DNA from: an uncultured Nitrospiraceae bacterium | GTDB lineage: Bacteria > Nitrospirota > Thermodesulfovibrionia > Thermodesulfovibrionales > UBA6898 | Direction of reading: 5' to 3' | Assembly: GCA_963811165.1 (NCBI GenBank) | Contig: CAWEQH010000004.1 | Coordinates: 448,001 to 512,000 of the forward strand | DNA: 64,000 nt | Shown: positions 37,934 to 48,329 of the stretch, piece after piece | Position numbering within the stretch: position 1 is the first letter of the stretch | Layout of the letters: every line of letters starts with the position of its first letter | The notes under the pieces: model-generated | What the model was told of the DNA's origin: nothing | The model's input: the letters and a program-made list of their open reading frames with translations, nothing else | The model's database searches: none | Program-made: the position numbers and the translations under genes

Positions 37934-40535
37934 CTAGTATAGTATGAGGTTCTCGGCGGTGACCGCCAAAGAGTCCCTGCCGATCGTCACGGACCCGTGG
38001 ATGATCGAGTATGACGTCTGACTGCCGAACTCGCAATTCCAGCCGCCGCTCAGCGTGACCGCGATAGGGCGATTGAGATCCAATATCTCGGTCAGAGTTG
38101 TTGCGAGGAGCTGGATGGTATCATCAGGATCATGAGCATTGGCATAGGCGTCCGTAAGGCCCCCAACCGTAGCATATGATGTACCGTTGTTTACATTCTT
38201 TGCATAGTTACCTGGGCAGGTCGTATAACTCGCCGTGCAAGTCTTAACGCCATTCATCGTGACACCTGCCGAGGGGTTTGAGCCGGAACAGTTTCCTCCC
38301 CATGAATTAAATATATAGTCGCTGTTCGGGATGGCCAACAACCCTGCCGAGGTATCTGAATTATACCAGCATCCCAAAGAGCAATCAGGACTTACAGCAC
38401 CACCAGTCGGCGCAGGCACAGTCAACTGATACTGCGTCGTAAAGTTTGCCGTATACGTTCCGTCGGCTGCAGGCGAAATAGAGTGGCTCTGAGCCCCGCC
38501 GTCACTCCAGGACGAATAAATATACTGAGTCCCTGGGCCTCCGCTTTGGGGCGATGAGACCGCGATCGTATGGCCCGCGCCCGGGTTCCAGACATACATA
38601 TACGGCGCAACAGCATCACCCTCATCCAACGTAAAATGCAGGCCCGAAGGGGAAGTGACAATATTTATCCGCACAGAAAGAGTGGCGGTCGCGACAGCCC
38701 CAGTTGAGACATTTCCGACAGCGTCATACGCGCAAACACGGTAGTAATAAGTCATCCCGTTTGTGAGTCCTGTATCGGTCTTTGAGGTAGCACTGCCGAC
38801 ATAGACCTGTGTTCCGCTTGCGCACTGGGTGGCCGGAGTTCCCACTGTACTTCTTACGACTTTATACGTATTTGTTGGGTTAAGACCACCGCTGTCTGAT
38901 GCAGCGGTCCAACTCAAAAAGACCTGCCCATTGTCCGGCGTTGGCGTAAGTATTCCGTCTGCCGGAGGGGTTGTATCGCCCCCGGCAAACGCCTTGATGC
39001 AGACGTTTGTGTTTGAATCATATGAAAGTGTTATGTCTGACCAGCTTGTGCCACTACTGCTTATGAAACTCTGCCCGGCGCTGGCAGTGGCACCTGTACT
39101 ATAGCCGTCCCAAGGGTATTCCATTGGGATAGGCCAGTTGTACCCCGGCGTCGTGAGTTTTACCACAACAGAGAAGCTCTGGCCGTCCGTAACAGAGACA
39201 GGGGAGCTTAATGTAACTGTATGGTAACCTGGCATTGCCATCGTGCCTGTATTTGTAGAGCCTAGCGGGCCGCTTCTTGGGGCCCCGCCAGAGACATTTG
39301 AATAGACGTATATCTCGTACGGAGAATTCGGTGATGCCACATAGAAACTTACCGCAGTCAGCTGCTCGGTTGCGGCTGCAGTAAAGATATTGGCAAACCA
39401 TGGTGTTGTGCTTCCGTAGCCAATGCCGCTCATCCAGCCGAGCGGATCATACTGATATAACGCGTATAGTTGGTAGTCGATTGGGCTCCGTTAAAGACAT
39501 AGTTACTCTCCTTGCCCAATTGCGAGTCATCATAGTACGAGATATAAAAATATCCGCCGTTTACACCCCATGCTGTCCCCCAACTGTTTTTGATGATAAA
39601 GGCGCCATTGCCTGGCGGAGTAGGAGAAAAGTTGACTGAAGCTGTAGTTATCGTCCCACCCACAATATCTACCGCGTGGTTGCAGTACTGCGCCCGGAAT
39701 AATAATACGTCGTACAGGTGCCTGTGTGGTTGCTCATATGAGGTAGCCGTAGCCTCGCGGACCGGTCCAGAACAGGAAGTCATCGACGCCCCATAAGTCA
39801 TCACTGCCTGTTTGATGTTATCATTATCCGTGGATACTTCCCCTCGGCGGGATGATAAGGACCTCCTGCAGATGTTTTTGCAGAGTCGTCGAGACAGCGG
39901 CGTAAACACCGGTGGGGGAGGAAATGAAGCGTATAAGGATCATGCGGTTTCATTGATAGGTCCACTCTAAAGCCAGGATGCTCCCCAGCGCGCAAGATAT
40001 GCGATAGACATGTCCCCATTTCCGCCTTCACACGCGCAGCCAATCAAATCCATGAGTGTATGTTTCAGATTATATCTCTGAAAAGTCCCATGTTCCGGTT
40101 CCGCAGTAGGAAGGTCGGACTCCAGAGAGCCCATCGCTCCAAATGCCCAGCAATCGCCACAGCTAATTGGTTCTCACTGCCGTGACCTTGCCAGGGTGCG
40201 GAGATCATAACTCGCCGGCAGAGTGCAGCGGGCTCCCATAGAATGGCCCTGTGTGAATCTGCCGGAAAGATGGACTGCCCGGTAAGGTGCGACAGGTCAA
40301 GGGGAGAGGGTATATAGCCGAGGGCGTATCCGTCGGAGGTAACGTTTGGAATGCTTAAGCGTGGCACGCTCTTCAAATTCATATAATCGACGAATTTCGG
40401 GTTTAAAGGGGCCATTACAGGAATTTCCTGGTCCTGTGCGGACACCGGTATGCTTGTGAAAAGCATGAGACCGCACAATAGCAATACAGTTAGGACGATG
40501 TCCGTCAAGACCCTGTCTTTTCTGCAATAAATCAT
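37934..40535 (-). CDS. Secreted C1A (papain-like) peptidase with lectin-like, FN3 and repeat domains (heavily frameshifted 39430-40260)
   Basis: APLNPKF/GYIPSPLDLSH pro-region, NHAVDIVG, KNSWGTAWG, GYFYISYYD, NVCIKAF, FN3 (YYYRVCAYDAVGN). Confidence 0.8.
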
Positions 40536-40790
40536 CTGTTCTTTCGTTACCTCATCGCGATATGGGCTGCTGACAGTGAAAAAATGACATCGGCATACAT
40601 ACGTAGAGGATATACTAGCACGTTCGATGCCTGAAAATCATACTTCAGAAAATCAGGAATTACCGAGACTCTTATAAAAAGGAAGGGTCGGGGATGACAA
40701 AAAATGTTAATCCTTTCATAAGGGAAGCGTTATTTGCGGCAATAACCGGCTCACCCTTTTTTATGAAAAAAGAAAAGTTTTAGGCATTAC

Positions 40791-41906
40791 TCAGAGCGTT
40801 CTTTTGAAAGAAAGTATCGAGAGGGTCATCATCACGGCGGTAAAGGCCATGAGAAAGACAATGTCGCCTGAGATGTAGGCTATGCCCGCGTTCTTGAAAA
40901 GTACGGACTTCATCGCATCTACGGAATAGGCCTCGGGGTTTATCTTTGCAAACGCCTTGAGCCAGGGCGGAAAACTCGCTATCGGATAGACCGCGCCGCT
41001 TGGGAAGAAGAGCATGACGTTCAGAAACCCGCTCAAAATACCTACGATCCGCGGATGACCGACCCTTCCAAGGATGAAAAACATGAGACTGATCAGGCAG
41101 AGGGTCGTTAGGATGATAATTATTAACAGGGGAACACATTGCACTATCACCTTTGAAAAAGGGATCGCGGTGATCCATATGCTTACGACCAATATCAGGG
41201 TGGCGATGGCGGTTGTGATCGCCAGACCGCTGATGACAAGCCCCGTGACTATGTGACTCTTCGAAAGCGGTGTGAGCAGGTAGCTCTCATCGATGCCCAT
41301 GAACCTGTCCATGACGAGGTTGAACGCGCCCGTCGTCAGGGTACCCAGAAAAATCGCCATGATCACGACTCCCGGAACTAAGGATTGGTAATAATCGACC
41401 TTGGCATAGAGGTTGATGTCTCTAAGGAGCACCTCGTTCGCCCTCTCACGTATCGGCACATACGGTGATCCAAGCGGCACAACTGCCGCGTTGACAAGGT
41501 TCCTTATCATCTCCGATGATACCCCGTCGGTATTGTCGAGGAAGAGACCGATCTCGGGCCGGCCCTGAAGAGTAACGCGCCTGCTGAAATCCGGGGGTAT
41601 GACAAGGGCGGCCTTATAAAGGCCTTGCCGGACGCCCTCGACGGCCGTGTTTTCGTCGGTCATGATGATCAGGGTGAATGTCTGAGGCCCGGCCTCAATC
41701 GCCCTCAGGTTTTCTACGACACGCTTGGCAAACGGGCCGGTATCATGGCTGACGATGACCACGGGGAGCGATGTCAGTTTCCCCTGGAAAGAATTCCCGA
41801 GGATCACCAGGTAGATGATCGGCATGAGGATGCTCATTGCGAGGACGACCGGGTTTCTTCTGAATTTCTTCAGGTCCCTTTCTATTACTGCGAGCAGTCG
41901 TATCAT
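40791..41906 (-). CDS. ABC-2 type transporter permease
   Basis: LVPGVVIM, FFPSGAVYP, INPEAYSVDA. Confidence 0.9.
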   Translation of the reverse strand: MIRLLAVIERDLKKFRRNPVVLAMSILMPIIYLVILGNSFQGKLTSLPVVIVSHDTGPFAKRVVENLRAIEAGPQTFTLIIMTDENTAVEGVRQGLYKAALVIPPDFSRRVTLQGRPEIGLFLDNTDGVSSEMIRNLVNAAVVPLGSPYVPIRERANEVLLRDINLYAKVDYYQSLVPGVVIMAIFLGTLTTGAFNLVMDRFMGIDESYLLTPLSKSHIVTGLVISGLAITTAIATLILVVSIWITAIPFSKVIVQCVPLLIIIILTTLCLISLMFFILGRVGHPRIVGILSGFLNVMLFFPSGAVYPIASFPPWLKAFAKINPEAYSVDAMKSVLFKNAGIAYISGDIVFLMAFTAVMMTLSILSFKRTL

Positions 41907-41949
41907 TTCTGTGTCCCGATTTCTTGTCTTTTTATAAAGGCGCATCCGG

Positions 41950-41988
41950 TTTACCATTCACTTTTCACTATTTCACTATTTACTGTTT
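41950..41988. repeat. Degenerate heptamer tandem repeat (TCACTAT-like x5)
   Basis: TTACCAT TCACTTT TCACTAT TTCACTAT TTACTGT in the ATPase-permease spacer. Confidence 0.45.
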
Positions 41989-41989
41989 G

Positions 41990-42997
41990 TCATCTTCCCA
42001 ACTTTCGGGGGATCCCGGCGCCGACAAAGAAGTTCACCTTTTTTGCCTCTTCCTCCCTTATGGACTTTCCCGTATAGTGGATAAAGACGTCTTCGAGCGA
42101 CTGCTCATGAATTGTGGCGGAAAGGACCTTGCCTCCAATCCGCCTCACCTCGTCCATGAGCGAGGGAAGGTTCGTCGCCCCGCTGTCTACGTTAAACCGT
42201 AACAGGTCGTCCTCAAGGAGAATCTTGTGCACGAAAGAAAGCCCCCTGAGTGTTTCGACAGCTTCTTCCGGCAGGTGCTCCACCTTCAGGGATATGATAT
42301 CGCTTCCGGGTATCTGCGACTTGAGTTCGGCCTGACTGCCGATCGCAATGATCTTCCCCGAATCAATAATGGCGACCCTGTTGCAGAGGGCCTCGGCCTC
42401 CTCCATGTAATGCGTAGTAAGGAATATCGTCATGGAACTCCCGCCGATGAGTGTTTCGAGGAAGCCCCATACGACCCGCCTTGACTGCGGGTCGAGCCCG
42501 ATCGTCGGCTCGTCCAGAAAGAGTAATTCCGGTCTGTGCACCAGGACGCGCGCGATCTCGAGCCTCCTCCTCATGCCGCCCGAATATGTCGCAACAAGGT
42601 CATTTGCCCTCGATGTAAGACCCACCATCTCAAGGAGTGACTTGATCCGTTCTTTCCTGTCCCTGGCATGGATGCCGTAGAAGCGGCCGTAGATGTCCAT
42701 ATTCTCATAGGCGGTAAGGTCGAGGTCGCTCGTCATCGCCTGCGGGACGACACCGATATGTTTTCTGACTTCGGTGGGCTCCTTGACAACGTCGCAGCAT
42801 GAGACGACCGCGCGGCCGCTTGTGGGTTTAAGAAGTGTGGTGAGCATCCTTATGAGGGTCGTCTTTCCTGCACCGTTTGGACCGAGGAAACCGAAAAATT
42901 CTCCGCGCTCTACATCGAAGCTGACGTTGTCGACAGCGGTCACTGCGCCGAATTTCCTTGTTATTCCAGAAACGGTGATGGCATTATTATTAGTCAT
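41990..42997 (-). CDS. ABC transporter ATP-binding protein (DrrA-like)
   Basis: GPNGAGKTT, YSGGMRRRLE, LFLDEPT, TTHYMEEA. Confidence 0.93.
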   Translation of the reverse strand: MTNNNAITVSGITRKFGAVTAVDNVSFDVERGEFFGFLGPNGAGKTTLIRMLTTLLKPTSGRAVVSCCDVVKEPTEVRKHIGVVPQAMTSDLDLTAYENMDIYGRFYGIHARDRKERIKSLLEMVGLTSRANDLVATYSGGMRRRLEIARVLVHRPELLFLDEPTIGLDPQSRRVVWGFLETLIGGSSMTIFLTTHYMEEAEALCNRVAIIDSGKIIAIGSQAELKSQIPGSDIISLKVEHLPEEAVETLRGLSFVHKILLEDDLLRFNVDSGATNLPSLMDEVRRIGGKVLSATIHEQSLEDVFIHYTGKSIREEEAKKVNFFVGAGIPRKLGR

Positions 42998-43175
42998 TTT
43001 CCCGGGACTTGTAACACAGACGAAAAGAAGTGGACTTCCGTCATGATTGGCCCTGAATTATTATAATACGCGCAATATTCCCTGACAATGTTTTAATAGG
43101 AGTTGCTCAGAAGCACCACAGCCGCGGGTCCGGGTCGATGCGCCGGCGGAAATTGCAAGCCCGGCCATCAAAGGC

Positions 43176-45506
43176 CTATTCTCGTTCTAATGCCTCGCGC
43201 ACTTTAATCGCCAGCTCTTTCCTGGAAAAAGGTTTCTGAAGGAAGTGCACGCCCTTATCCAGTATGCCCCGGTGAGCGATAACGTTGGCCGTGTAGGCGG
43301 ATGAAAACAGACATTTCAGCCCCGGGATGATCTCTCCGAGCAATTTCGCAAGGTCCCGGCCGTTCATCTCCGGCATGACCACATCGGTGAGCAGCAGTTG
43401 TATCTCACCCGCATGGGACTTGACCCGGCGAAGCGCCTCGCCGGGTGCAGCTGCGGTCAATACATTATAGCCAAGCGATTTCAGCATATCCCGGCTCATG
43501 TTCAAAATCGAGGCCTCGTCCTCAACCAAAAGCACCGTCTCCCCATGGCCTTCGGGCGTTTCCGTCGTGACTGCAGCCGCCGGCTCGGCCGCTTCTCCCT
43601 CGAACCTGGGCAGATAGATCTTGAAGGTTGAGCCGCTGCCGGTTTCGCTGTAGGTGTTCATGAATCCCTCGTTTTGTTTGACGATCCCGTAAACGGTGGC
43701 GAGACCCAAACCAGTCCCCTTTCCCACCTCCTTGGTGGTGAAGAACGGCTCGAAGAGGTGATCGATAACTTCTTTGTTCATGCCGCAACCGTTGTCGCTG
43801 ACGGCGAGCATCACATATTTTCCGGGGACAAAACCCGCATGAACGTCACAATAGGACTTATCAATGACCGCGTTTTCGGTCTCGATAGTGATCTTGCCCA
43901 CCCCGGCGATAGAGTCACGGGCGTTGACGCAAAGATTCGCCAGAAGCTGGTCGATCTGTGAGGGGTCAATCTTGACCGGCCACAATGCCTCACCCGGCAT
44001 CCATGCAAAATCAATGTCCTCGCCCATCAGCCGCTGGAGCATCTTGAGCAGGTCACTCACGGTGTCGTTCAAGTCCAAAACCTTGGGTGCTACGGTCTGC
44101 TTGCGGGCAAAGGTCAGGAGTTGTCTGACAAGGGCGGCGGAACGTCGGGCGGCCTCCTCGATCACCTTGAGATAGGTATGTATCGCCCCCACTGAAGTGT
44201 CTTCCATCAGGGCCATTTCGGTATAGCCAAGTATCGCCGAAAGCATGTTGTTGAAATCGTGGGCCACTCCTCCAGCCAGCCGTCCCACAGACTCCATCTT
44301 CTGGGACTGGAACAACTGGGCCTGTAATTTCGCCCGTTCCTCTTCAGCCCGTTTTCGCTCACTGATGTCACGAACGATCGCCTGCACGCACATCTTGCCG
44401 CCCAGTTCGAGCCTGCTTAGCGTAATCTCCACGTCAAAGGGGCTTCCGTCCGCCCGCACCGGCTGCCACTCAAAGACCTGGGGGACGCCGTTCAACGCGG
44501 CCCGGATCTTCTCGCCGGCCACTTCGGACGAAAGCCGTCCATCGGGCTGCAGCTTTGGAGCGAACTCGCCGGGCGAACGGCCGATGATCTCCGCCTTCGT
44601 GAGCCCGTACATCTCGGCGCCTTTTTGGTTGCAGTCGATAAAGCCGGTCTCATCATGGATGAAGATCCCGTCATTCGCAGATTCAAAGAGCAATCGGTAA
44701 TTGCCTTCTTTTTCCCGGAGCTCTTCCTCGGCCCGCTTTCGTTCCGTGACATCGCGCGTCACGCCAAGCAGTGCGGTGATCTCATTTTTTTCGTTTCTTA
44801 AGGGAACGGCGTGGGTCTCCAGCCATAAGCGGCGCCCCTTCATGCCGACCATCTCGAACAGGAGAGTCCCGGACTCCCCCTGGAAAACGCGCGAGGTCAG
44901 CTCCATGAACGCCGTCCGGTAGTCGGACGTGACCAGCGGACAGATACACTGTCCCCTCACTTGGTCCAGGGAATCCACCTGGATCATGTCCAGGCCGGCG
45001 CGGTTCATCATAATAAGGTTGGCATTTTTGTCCAGGACCTTAACGCATTCCGGCTCGGCCTCGATAATCGTTTGCAGCATTTTTTCGCTTTTTCGGAGCG
45101 CCTCCTCCGCCTGTTTGCGGTCGGTGACGTCTTGCCAGATGGTATGAAGAACTTTTTGTCCGGATAAATTCACCACGTGAGAGATGATGTGAACGTCTCG
45201 TATTTCTCCTTTTTTGGTTTTATGCCGGACTTCGAATTCGGCCCCTCCTTTTTTGAGTACGTCCTCCACACTTTTCTGTATTTCCTCCGGCCCCTGGCAT
45301 GCATCAATTTCGCAGAGGTGAAGCCTCCCAAATTCCTCCCTTGAGTATCCAAGCTGACGATGTGCCGCTTCGTTAAAGTCCAGAATATTACCTTTCATAT
45401 CTATGGTCAGGATACCGTAAGGAGACTGTTCAAACAGGGTGCGATACTTAAGTTCAGCATCGCGGCCTTCAGTCTCTTTCCTTACTGCTATATCTTCAGA
45501 CTTCAT
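43176..45506 (-). CDS. Multi-PAS hybrid histidine kinase with receiver domain
   Basis: Three PAS domains, AHDFNN H-box, FFTTK..GTGLGL, LLTDVVMPEMNG. Confidence 0.93.
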   Translation of the reverse strand: MKSEDIAVRKETEGRDAELKYRTLFEQSPYGILTIDMKGNILDFNEAAHRQLGYSREEFGRLHLCEIDACQGPEEIQKSVEDVLKKGGAEFEVRHKTKKGEIRDVHIISHVVNLSGQKVLHTIWQDVTDRKQAEEALRKSEKMLQTIIEAEPECVKVLDKNANLIMMNRAGLDMIQVDSLDQVRGQCICPLVTSDYRTAFMELTSRVFQGESGTLLFEMVGMKGRRLWLETHAVPLRNEKNEITALLGVTRDVTERKRAEEELREKEGNYRLLFESANDGIFIHDETGFIDCNQKGAEMYGLTKAEIIGRSPGEFAPKLQPDGRLSSEVAGEKIRAALNGVPQVFEWQPVRADGSPFDVEITLSRLELGGKMCVQAIVRDISERKRAEEERAKLQAQLFQSQKMESVGRLAGGVAHDFNNMLSAILGYTEMALMEDTSVGAIHTYLKVIEEAARRSAALVRQLLTFARKQTVAPKVLDLNDTVSDLLKMLQRLMGEDIDFAWMPGEALWPVKIDPSQIDQLLANLCVNARDSIAGVGKITIETENAVIDKSYCDVHAGFVPGKYVMLAVSDNGCGMNKEVIDHLFEPFFTTKEVGKGTGLGLATVYGIVKQNEGFMNTYSETGSGSTFKIYLPRFEGEAAEPAAAVTTETPEGHGETVLLVEDEASILNMSRDMLKSLGYNVLTAAAPGEALRRVKSHAGEIQLLLTDVVMPEMNGRDLAKLLGEIIPGLKCLFSSAYTANVIAHRGILDKGVHFLQKPFSRKELAIKVREALERE

Positions 45507-45792
45507 CGTAATTCCATGAATTCATCAAGCAGTTTCTTATAAGAAGGTTGTCGGTTGAATGCACAAAAAACTTCACGACATGACTATAGGGCTTCCGTGG
45601 ATATTTACTTCCTGCACTGCCGCCTTTGGATGGCATTTCCATTCCCTGCCCCTGGTACATACTATCTCTTGATAGATGACTTGTCAATTTAGCGAATTGT
45701 CTCATGTAGCGAATTGCCTCATCGAAAATCCAAATGAAGGTGAATCGTTGCCTTATTTAAAAAAAGTGCTGCGGCTTTGAAACTGCTGCCCT

Positions 45793-46845
45793 TCAGGTCT
45801 TCTTCGGTATCTCGACTTCGACGGTCATTCCGGGTTTCAGCAGCCCCTCCGGGTCTTCCACCCTTACCTTGACCCTGAAGGTCTTTATGTCCTGTCTTCC
45901 GCGGATCACGTCCCTTTGGGTTGCAAACTCGGCGTACCGGCCTATCTCCGAAATTTTCCCCTTGAATTTTTTGCCGGGCATTCCCTCTACCGTCACTGCG
46001 GCAGGGCTGTTCAACGCCACCCCGCCGATCTTCATTTCGTCGATGTCGACCCTGGCGTAAAGACTGTTTAGGTCAACCAGTGTAAGGACCGTTACTCCCG
46101 GGCTCACTGTTTCACCTTTTTCCATGGCCTTGAATATGACGGTACCGGTCACCGGTGTTTTTATCATTGTATCGTCAAGTTTCGACATGGCGAACGCGAG
46201 CGCCGCTTCGGCCTCCTTACGCATCGCCGTGGATGAGCTTAGCTGGCTTACCGCGCTATTGAGCTGGCTGACTGAGGCGTCTTTTTTTGAGCGGGCGGAA
46301 TTAAGCTTTTCCTTCGAAGAATCGTAAGCCGCCGCATTTACGTCGTAAGCGGCGACAATCTGATCGCGGGACTCTCTGGAGATGAACTCTTTCTTAAAAA
46401 GTTCCTTCGCCCTCTCTGCCTCTCTTTGCGATTCTTCCATCTGCGCGCGGGCCCTTGCCATGTCGGCCACAGCGCTCTTCATGTCGGCATCGGAGGCGAG
46501 CATATTGGCCCTTGCGTTTTCGATCGAAGTTTGGGCGGTCTTGATATCGGCCGTCGCCCTTTCGACCCCTGCTGCCGCCTGATCGGCCGACGCCTTTAGG
46601 TCTTCACTTTCGAGTGTGATGACGGCGTGGCCTTCTTTTACCACGTCCCCTTCGTTACAGCATACCCACGAGATCCTTCCTGCAACTTTCGGGGAGAGGT
46701 TCACTTCTATCCCGTCGATTATGCCTGTTGCCCGCAGTGTCGGGGCGGTCTTTGCGGTGCGGGCATAATAATAGATGAAGAGTGCGGCAAGGACGGCGAG
46801 GAGGACCAGCAAAGGGACCGCCGTATGTACGATCGACTTTTTCAT
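45793..46845 (-). CDS. HlyD-family periplasmic adaptor
   Basis: N-terminal TM, SPKVAGRI, coiled coil, LKPGMTVEV. Confidence 0.9.
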   Translation of the reverse strand: MKKSIVHTAVPLLVLLAVLAALFIYYYARTAKTAPTLRATGIIDGIEVNLSPKVAGRISWVCCNEGDVVKEGHAVITLESEDLKASADQAAAGVERATADIKTAQTSIENARANMLASDADMKSAVADMARARAQMEESQREAERAKELFKKEFISRESRDQIVAAYDVNAAAYDSSKEKLNSARSKKDASVSQLNSAVSQLSSSTAMRKEAEAALAFAMSKLDDTMIKTPVTGTVIFKAMEKGETVSPGVTVLTLVDLNSLYARVDIDEMKIGGVALNSPAAVTVEGMPGKKFKGKISEIGRYAEFATQRDVIRGRQDIKTFRVKVRVEDPEGLLKPGMTVEVEIPKKT

Positions 46846-46925
46846 GCCCTTTCATCCATGAGTGAGGATTGGTAAAGGCCTTATAATCATAGGATGCATA
46901 CTTTAATTATGAGATTGTTAATAGG

Positions 46926-48245
46926 TTATCTTACGCCCATCGCTTTTTCGAGGGTCGCGCGGGCGACTTTATAATCGTAAAGCGCCTGGATATTTGCGGT
47001 CTTTGCATTGGTCAGCAATACCTCGGCGTCCGTCACCTCGATAGGGTTGCCCACGCCTGCGGCGTACCTGCCGTTTGCGATCTCGAAGTTCTCTGTCGCC
47101 TGCTGTACGGTAAGCTGCGTATTGGTTATGCTGTCCTGGGCGACCAATAGATTAAGGTATGCCTGCTGCACGTCGAGAAGGATGCTCTGTTTAAGCGTCT
47201 CCTCGTTTGCCCGTGCAACGCCCAGATTCGACTTCGCCTCCTCTACCTGATTTTTCGTAAGAAACCCGCTGAAGATAGGAAACGTTAGGGTCACGCCGGC
47301 GCTCCAGCCCTCACCGGCAGGAAAGAAGGTGGTGTCTGAGCGATCATACTGGGCGTTGCCCGTCAGTACCGGATAATATCCCGTTTTTGCGAGATCCACG
47401 GACCTTTGGACGGACATTCTTTTTGCGACGGAAGATTGCAGGTCGGGCCTGTTCTTATAGGCCGTATCGATGGCCTGGGGCAGGGTTATCTCGTACTTCT
47501 GGAATGCAAGGTTGTCCTCCGTGGTATAGTCGGGCGCATCCGGTACACCCATAGCATTGTTGAGCGTCACCTTGGCGACCTTCACGTTATTTTTGGCCTT
47601 TATAAGGTTCAGCTTGGAGTTGCTCAGGTCGACCTCGGCCTTGGTAACGTCGTATTTCGGATGGGTCCCCACCTCGTAAAACCCTTTTGCCTGGTCCAGA
47701 TGGAGCTGGAACTGTTTTACCGTATCTTCGGCGACGTCTCTGTTACGCTTCGTCTGTAACACTCCGTAGTATGCCTGTTTGACGTTCAGAAGCACCTGGT
47801 CGATCGTTGTCTCCATGTCGGCCTTTGAAGAATCGAGAATGAACTTCTGGACATCCACCTGCGAGCTTGTCTTGCCGAAATCATAGATAAGCTGAGAAAG
47901 TGCCAGGCTGCCCGAGTATTGGTCGAAGGACCCTGAGGAACCCGGCGTTTCAAGGACACCCGAACCGGAACTGAAGTTGCCGGAGTTGCCGTTAAGCGGA
48001 GAAATCCGGCTGTATCCGGCGGTCGCCGCGATCTGAGGATAATAGTTCGCCCTTGCCTCGAATACCCGGCTTTGGTTTGCACCTACGGTATTTTGCGCCG
48101 CGACGATGGTCGGATGTCTTATGATCGCGATCTCCATGCACCGCTGAAGCGTGAGCAGTTCGTCCTTCCTTATGATGTCTTCTGCGCCTGCCTTAAAAGG
48201 CGCGAAGATCAAGAGTAAAAAAACGAATGTAATGATCCTTTTCAT
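46926..48245 (-). CDS. TolC-family outer membrane efflux protein
   Basis: Signal peptide, YYPQI/YYPVL repeats, RYAAGVG; AGGAGGT RBS. Confidence 0.92.
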   Translation of the reverse strand: MKRIITFVFLLLIFAPFKAGAEDIIRKDELLTLQRCMEIAIIRHPTIVAAQNTVGANQSRVFEARANYYPQIAATAGYSRISPLNGNSGNFSSGSGVLETPGSSGSFDQYSGSLALSQLIYDFGKTSSQVDVQKFILDSSKADMETTIDQVLLNVKQAYYGVLQTKRNRDVAEDTVKQFQLHLDQAKGFYEVGTHPKYDVTKAEVDLSNSKLNLIKAKNNVKVAKVTLNNAMGVPDAPDYTTEDNLAFQKYEITLPQAIDTAYKNRPDLQSSVAKRMSVQRSVDLAKTGYYPVLTGNAQYDRSDTTFFPAGEGWSAGVTLTFPIFSGFLTKNQVEEAKSNLGVARANEETLKQSILLDVQQAYLNLLVAQDSITNTQLTVQQATENFEIANGRYAAGVGNPIEVTDAEVLLTNAKTANIQALYDYKVARATLEKAMGVR

Positions 48246-48329
48246 AATAAAGACCTCCTGTCGAAAGCTCAAAATAGTGTTTACGTTATATCGTTGAAGA
48301 CCTATTAACAAAATCAGGCGTCTCGAAAA